From NCBI GenBank assembly GCA_964016885.1, contig OZ024740.1, positions 283,340,001 through 283,404,000 of the forward strand: 64,000 nt of DNA, in the 5' to 3' direction. Source of the DNA: Eledone cirrhosa (lineage: Eukaryota). Below, in pieces: positions 57,424 to 64,000 of this stretch. Made by a program: the position numbers and the translations under genes. The notes beneath the pieces were generated by a model that did not search any database, was not told the DNA's origin, and saw nothing but the letters and a program-made list of their open reading frames with translations. Position 1 is the stretch's first letter, and each line of letters begins with the position of its first letter.

Positions 57424-57606
57424 TAATTGTTTCTACTTTAGGCCCAAGGCCAGCAATTACCCAATGCGTTACTGGTACTTTATTTCATCGACCCCGTAAG
57501 GATGAAAGGCAAAGTCAACCTCGGCGGGATTTGAACTCAGATCGTAAAGGGACGTAACTATGCTGGAAAGCATAACGTCCGACCCTCTACCGATACTGCC
57601 AATCCG
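57424..57606 (-). mobile_element. SINE family 1
   Basis: Reverse-complement consensus. Confidence 0.9.
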
Positions 57607-59189
57607 AATAATGCCAACTTTGCTTTCGTCCAAGTTTTAAGTATTAGGACAAGTATTAAGTATTAGGACAACAAACATTGTAAGCCAAACACGGAAGCAT
57701 CAGGTCATTATAAATTTAATTAAATCAAATCATATTACCTGTTGTCAGCATAAACTATAAATTAAATGCAATTTACAACGCTTAATGAATGAACTTTCTC
57801 ATACCGCTAGTCTTATTTGTCTTTTTGAGGACGGTGAATGTATATTTATCAGAATGTATTTTCATGGATGGCGTACATTTTTGTTAATTGTAGCTTAGGA
57901 GACTACTAGTTTATAGTAACATCTCAAACAAAAAAGTTTGCAGTAATTGGCCTTTCAGCTATAAAACGTAAAAGTGAATGCTTTTGTAGTTATATGAAAT
58001 TATAATTGTTTTTCTTCTAAAAACGAATTTATTTTGCTGTATAGATTTTTAATGTTTAAAAGCGTTTTAACTTCAATTCTAACATAAAATTATATATAAA
58101 CAAACGTGCATTGCCCTTTATTTTGATATAAAACAAAATAAACATCATTATAAACTCAATTTTACTCTGTTATCATCGATTTATATTCACCCATATTGAA
58201 GACGTATTTTGATGTCTTTCGTTTTAAAATGAAGAGTTAGACCTCTGAGAAACTGTTTCTAAAACCGAGGTTCAATCTCGGGGCTGGAATGGTTTTAGTT
58301 CCTTTTCATTCATATTACTTACTCCTAAGAAAGCAGGGCCACCACAAATCCCGATTCACCATCTATGAACCCAACTGAGTTGATTAACTGAGTTGAGTAG
58401 TGTTCTTCTTTTGTCGACAGAATTGATTGAGCAGACATATGATCCATGGCATTTAATCCATGCACACACCATTCGTTTTCCAGGCTCTGTGCATCTAGGG
58501 TTACGTTATCAAATATGTCAGTTCTGTACAGGGATGAAAGGCAAAGTAAACCTAGCAAGTATTTTTAGCAGGAAGTTTGACTACTATTTCAAATAGATTG
58601 ATGAATTCATAGAGATACTCTTGATGATTCATTAGAAGAATGGGATATTTGATTCTGAAAAGTAGAGCAATTCATTTTGTATAATACATGATCATGATTC
58701 TAGATGCTTGTAATAACTTCTGTATTGTTTAGTCAGAGAGAAATCGGTTGTACCTATAACTATTTCTTGAGCCTATGAGTCTGGTAAGGCAATATCCTCA
58801 AATTGAGACTTGCTACGAATCTTTACAATAATGTAGGCCTCTCAAAAAGCAGCCACTACATAACTGACTGTACTAATTCTACTAACTAACTCACTAACCG
58901 CATGAAAAAGATCTTACCGGAATCAGAAAGTCTTGAAAATAACGTGAGATGGTTATTACTAGAGCGAGTCTGTAATAGGCCGGTTCACTCAGCGAAGACC
59001 TTTATCTTCAGAAGAATAAAACAAGTAATATTAATGTTGGAAACAAGATGTTCATAGAGGGAGAAATCATATTTATACGGGAAGAATCAAACAATAATTC
59101 TTTGCGTTTTTTAACCTTACATGACGTTTATAAAATGGGAATATTAAAAATATTTTAATGCGACAAGTAACTCGCCAGAAGATGATCTC

Positions 59190-59712
59190 CGATATACACT
59201 TGATACGTTTGTTGCCGAGTGTTGCACGGTTGGCCTGAATATTACTTCTGTTAAGGCTAAGACACTCGTCCTCACAAGAAGCGTGTGGACTGCACTCTAC
59301 ATGTGACTGCAGTTCCACTGAAGCTGGTAGAGAAGTTCAAGTATCTCGAGGCCGTGTTCACGAGTGATGGAAGGCAGGTGGCTGAATTAAGTACAAAAAT
59401 CGCAGGAACTGGTGAAGTATGCACCAGTTCAGTATTCGGTAATCAGAAGGGGGTAGGTGAAAAGCTAAATTCACTATCTTCAATTCGATATTTGTGCAAA
59501 CCCTCACCTATGCTCATAAATCTTGGATAATGACCGAAAAAATACGATCGCGAATTCAAGCTATCGAAATGGAGTTCTTCCGAAGAGTCTTTGGAGTAAC
59601 GTCACACGATTGAGTGCGTAGCTCATAGATTAGTGTCACTCCAGGTAGAATGTCTACATCTTCCAATTTAAAGATAACAGCTCCGATATTACGGGCATGT
59701 GGTTAGAATGTA
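59190..59712 (+). mobile_element. Decayed RTE-like LINE fragment
   Basis: VEKFKYLEAVFTSDGR, LTYAH.SW and IQAIEMEFFRRVFGVT motifs. Confidence 0.8.
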
Positions 59713-60177
59713 CTCGCATAAATTCTCATAATGAGCTTCTCAATGTGTATTTCTTCGTAAAAGAAAATAATTTTACCAAAGGGTTCAAATCAATTCTGAA
59801 TAGACAATGATATTGATTCAATGTGATGTAATTTGATTTTATTGAATTCAGGTTAAATTGATATTTTCTCTATTTTTTTAATAACTGAGACTATGTTATA
59901 TGTTCCCTTAATTTGACATATGTAGGACTTATAAATAACATCTAAAATTATAAACTACGGAAATGCTTAATAGATCAGCACCGTTATGTTTCTCTAGCAC
60001 CACATAGACCTAGATACTATATTAATATTCGACTAAATAATATTCCCTGAAGACAGGAATCTACTTGTGAAAATATGAGATATAAGGTGAAATCAAATGA
60101 CGGTCTTAGTTATGTATATGCATGATTATACATACACACACGAACGCACACACACAGATACGCACATACATATAGAC

Positions 60178-60214
<37 letters not shown>

Positions 60215-60469
60215 GTTTGATATTAAAAATACAGTAGTTTGTTGCTTGTTTGAAAAGAAAAAGGTGTGTCTCAACGTACCGAGTACCGAACGTTAGTTCG
60301 TCATTGTGAAAGAGAATGTTGTAAACAAATAATAACTCATTAACCCTCTAGCATTTAATCCGGCTGTATCCGACCAGAATTATCTCAACTCCTTCTGTTC
60401 AAATCATACTGATGTTAATTTACTATACTCAAAATAAATATCAAACTCTCATACATTCAATATTATATG

Positions 60470-60853
60470 AGGTGGATTGGCAGTATTGGTAGAGGGTCGG
60501 ACACCATGCTTTGACGTATAGAGTTACGGCCCTTGCCTTTCTGAGTTCAAATCCCGCCAAGGTTAACTTTGCCTTTCATCCTTACGGGGTCGATAAAATA
60601 AAGTACCAGTAATGCACTGGTTAATTGCTGGCCTTGTGCCTAAAGTAGAAACAATTATTATATGAGGTGGATTGGCAGTATTGGTAGAGGATCGGACACC
60701 ATGCTTTGACGTATAGAGTTACGGCCCTTGCCTTTCTGAGTTCAAATCCCGCCAAGGTTAACTTTGCCTTTCATCCTTACGGAGTCGATAAAATAAAGTA
60801 CCAGTAATGCACTGGGTAATTGCTGGCCTTGTGACTAACGTAGAAACAATTAT
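60470..60853 (+). mobile_element. Head-to-tail SINE family 1 dimer (195-bp period)
   Basis: Two near-identical copies; attattatatgaggt occurs three times. Confidence 0.92.
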
Positions 60854-61206
60854 TATATGAGGTAAAGCCTTTAACATGAAAACATAATAGTACATATAGA
60901 GTTATGTAAAGGCTAAATGGTTAAAGTGTTTATCAGGATGGGTGAGGTGGTCAGATAAACAGACCAGTGTGTAGCGTACTGTGCCACGGTGGTTGTGACG
61001 TATCTGGGTCAATCATTGGAACTATTATGTATGTGAGGTTGAAGTGAATTTTGTGAGTATGCATGTTAATGTTCTTAATTTGTGTTTACATCTGAATGTG
61101 TGTTTGTATGCATGTGTCTATTCAGTAGATAACGTATGTGTGTGTGTGGGTAAGTTTCTATGGATTGTTAGTATGTGCGTGCGTGTGCGTGTATGTGTTC
61201 TGTGAT

Positions 61207-61250
<44 letters not shown>

Positions 61251-61254
<4 letters not shown>

Positions 61255-61420
61255 TGGCTTCTACAGGACTAGAACTGTTTTATTTGGAGGAAATCATCAG
61301 GGCTTTCTGATGATTTCCTCCGAATGAAACAGTTCTAGTCCTGTAGAAGCCATTTCTATATTAAATTACTTTTACTCTGCTATGTATTGAGTACCTTACA
61401 TACTGTGCTTATCCCCATAT
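61251..61420. mobile_element. Fold-back family E element with hammerhead-like motif
   Basis: Arms 61251-61300 / 61307-61356; CTGATGA 61307-13, GAAA 61326-29, stem I cagggct/agtcctg. Confidence 0.75.
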
Positions 61421-61478
61421 ATGTAGATCCCGGGTTAAATCGGGGATAACCACAGTGTGTGTATATATATATATATAT

Positions 61479-61549
<71 letters not shown>

Positions 61550-62105
61550 TATAGATATATATATATCAGTGGACTTACCGTTCATTAAACAAAACTTCTT
61601 CAACGTTGTGGAGAGTAAAAGACAAGAAATGTCTGTTTCGATTTCCAATAACAATTATTTCACATTTCCCATTAGGATATATTTTCTTCATATTCACTCA
61701 GAGAAAGGTCTGTCTGTAAAAATCCTCTTTACAGTCTCTTGTAGACTGATGAGATCGATACTGGGCCATGTCTAGCGTGAAGATTTGGAGATCTATGTCC
61801 GATTGGAAAGCGGGTTTCGTTAGAGAAATTCAGAAATTAGGAGAAAGGATTGCAAAAATGTTTAGTTCAGATTCCAAACATATACAAAAGAAATGAATAA
61901 CTACGTGGTGTAAAATATTTATTCATTAATTAATTGCTGACTATATTACTTGGGAGGTAGGCATGGCTGTGTGATTCAAGAATTTATTTTGCAATCATAT
62001 AATACTGTGTTCAATCCCATGGCAGGGCACTCGGATAGTGCAATGCTTTGAAAGTGGAATTGGGTGGACGGAAGCTGCAGGAGGCCATTATTTGTATATA
62101 TAGGG

Positions 62106-62290
62106 ACGGTGGATTGTCAGTATCGGTAGAAGGTCGGACACCATGCTTTCCAGCATAGAGTTACGGCCCTTGCTATTCTGAGTTCAAATCCCGCCGAGGT
62201 TACTTTGCCTTTCATCCTTACGGGGTCGATAAAGTACCAGTAATCTACTGGTTAATTGCTGGCCTTGTGCCAAAAGTAGAAACAATTATT
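62106..62290 (+). mobile_element. SINE family 1
   Basis: Consensus match. Confidence 0.9.
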
Positions 62291-62324
<34 letters not shown>

Positions 62325-62807
62325 CGTGGAAGATGGACGTTAAACGATGATGATGATGATGATGATGATGATGATATATATATATATACATAAATATATA
62401 TATGTATATGTGTATGTATATATATATATATATATATATGAATGTATGTATAGTATATTTGGCAATATACCATATGTTTAATTTAAAATATTTAGAAGAC
62501 CATACGCTATCAGTTTTAAAGTAGTGACTATGTGACTTACTTACTTCCGGCGAAAGAAGGAAGAGATGCTGACAGTCTGTTTCACGCTGGTTGGAGTTCA
62601 TCAGAACCACGCACTCCCCTGCTTCCGTCTAAAATTATAGAAGTTGGATTCTTATAGAATACCAGGAGCTGATTACACAGAGCGATTGCCGGTCCAGCAA
62701 GAATTAGGTGTTAGGATTGGTGCTCTGAAATAGTGATGTATATTATATATACATATATATATACTTGGGGTAGTAGAGTGTGATAAATATGGAGGGGTCT
62801 CGATTCC

Positions 62808-62861
<54 letters not shown>

Positions 62862-63207
62862 TATAATTGCATAACTATCTATTCATCAAATACATCGTAA
62901 ATTAGAATAATATTAATTAAGTTATAGTTGCACGTATCATTTATCTATCGAATTAGTAAACGTTCTTCAGCATATCTACATCCAGTTCTTCAAGAATGGA
63001 CAATCATTTTCAGATCAATATAGCAGATCAATATCCTTTCAAGTCGATCTGACCTAAGTCAATATAAAAACTGAAACAGTTCTATTGTGCTGTTTATATA
63101 TTATAACCCTTTTATATAACCCCCATATTACATACCAGTCACTCTTCTTCTAACAGACACCAACATGAATATATACATACATATATATGTATATGTGTAT
63201 AAACACC

Positions 63208-63258
<51 letters not shown>

Positions 63259-63443
63259 GCAGTATATAAATGTATATATGCATACACACACACACACAAA
63301 CACACATATATATATACGTATATATATATATATATATACATATATATATCTTACGTTAACTATTTTTCCCATTTTGACGCTATAGTCACTTATATATTAT
63401 TGAATACTGTTGGCTTTTTGCTACAATATTTTCTATACCTTTC

Positions 63444-63488
<45 letters not shown>

Positions 63489-63627
63489 CATATCTAAAGT
63501 CTAAAGTCTTTCTTGAGCCAGAATGGTCATTTGGCCGGTGCTTATCCCGGTTTCATGGCGTGAAGCGACTGAGAGTACAAGACTCCCCCCTGGACAGGAC
63601 GCTAGTCCATCGCAGGGTTGAACCTCC

Positions 63628-63656
<29 letters not shown>

Positions 63657-63659
<3 letters not shown>

Positions 63660-63941
63660 AAATGTGTGTAATCCTTGGTACAGTTAGGTATATTAAGATA
63701 GGGGGGAAGAAAAAATGGCTTCACTTGTGCGTTCAACAAATTTATTTTCTTCACAAAATCCCAAAAGAATTTTTTTCCGGATTAGAAAAAAAAAATTTTT
63801 CTTAAAAAAAATTATTTTATAAAATAATTTTTTTAAGAAAAAATTTTTTTTTCTAATCCGGAAAAAAATTCTTTTTGCATTTTGTGAAGAAAATAAATTT
63901 GTTGAAAGCACAAGTGAAGCCATTTTTTCTTCCCCCCTGTC

Positions 63942-63949
<8 letters not shown>
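63657..63949. mobile_element. Fold-back element family F between TA tracts
   Basis: Palindrome 63689-63949 centred at ~63819; left end matches 451-520. Confidence 0.8.

Positions 63950-64000
<51 letters not shown>

Noticed and set aside
60047-60090. CTGAAGA...GAAA hammerhead candidate
   Set aside because: Stem I cannot be formed convincingly, and there is no family or TA context

Overview
Very repeat-rich, AT-rich eukaryotic (animal) genomic window. The dominant ~190-bp tRNA-derived SINE and the (TA)n/(CA)n/(GA)n load resemble octopus/cephalopod DNA (inference). I see no intact host gene, and almost all listed ORFs are microsatellite or SINE artefacts. Recognisable content: about 40 SINE copies; decayed mariner, Tigger/pogo and Chapaev3-like transposases; a Dong/R4-clade LINE split by nested insertions; RTE-like LINE fragments; several MITEs; a 102-bp tandem array; and a 200-N gap. 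Two things are not shown by the ORF track. (1) Several families of short elements sit in (TA)n tracts, often form fold-back palindromes, and carry type I hammerhead ribozyme motifs (CTGANGA...GAAA, palindromic mini-stem III) plus a shared 3' ACTC/GAGT stem, consistent with Penelope-like/retrozyme-type elements. (2) A heavily decayed ionotropic glutamate receptor (iGluR/IR) pseudogene is scattered in correct domain order across about 38-62 kb on the + strand. Coordinates were read by eye, and repeat edges are approximate.
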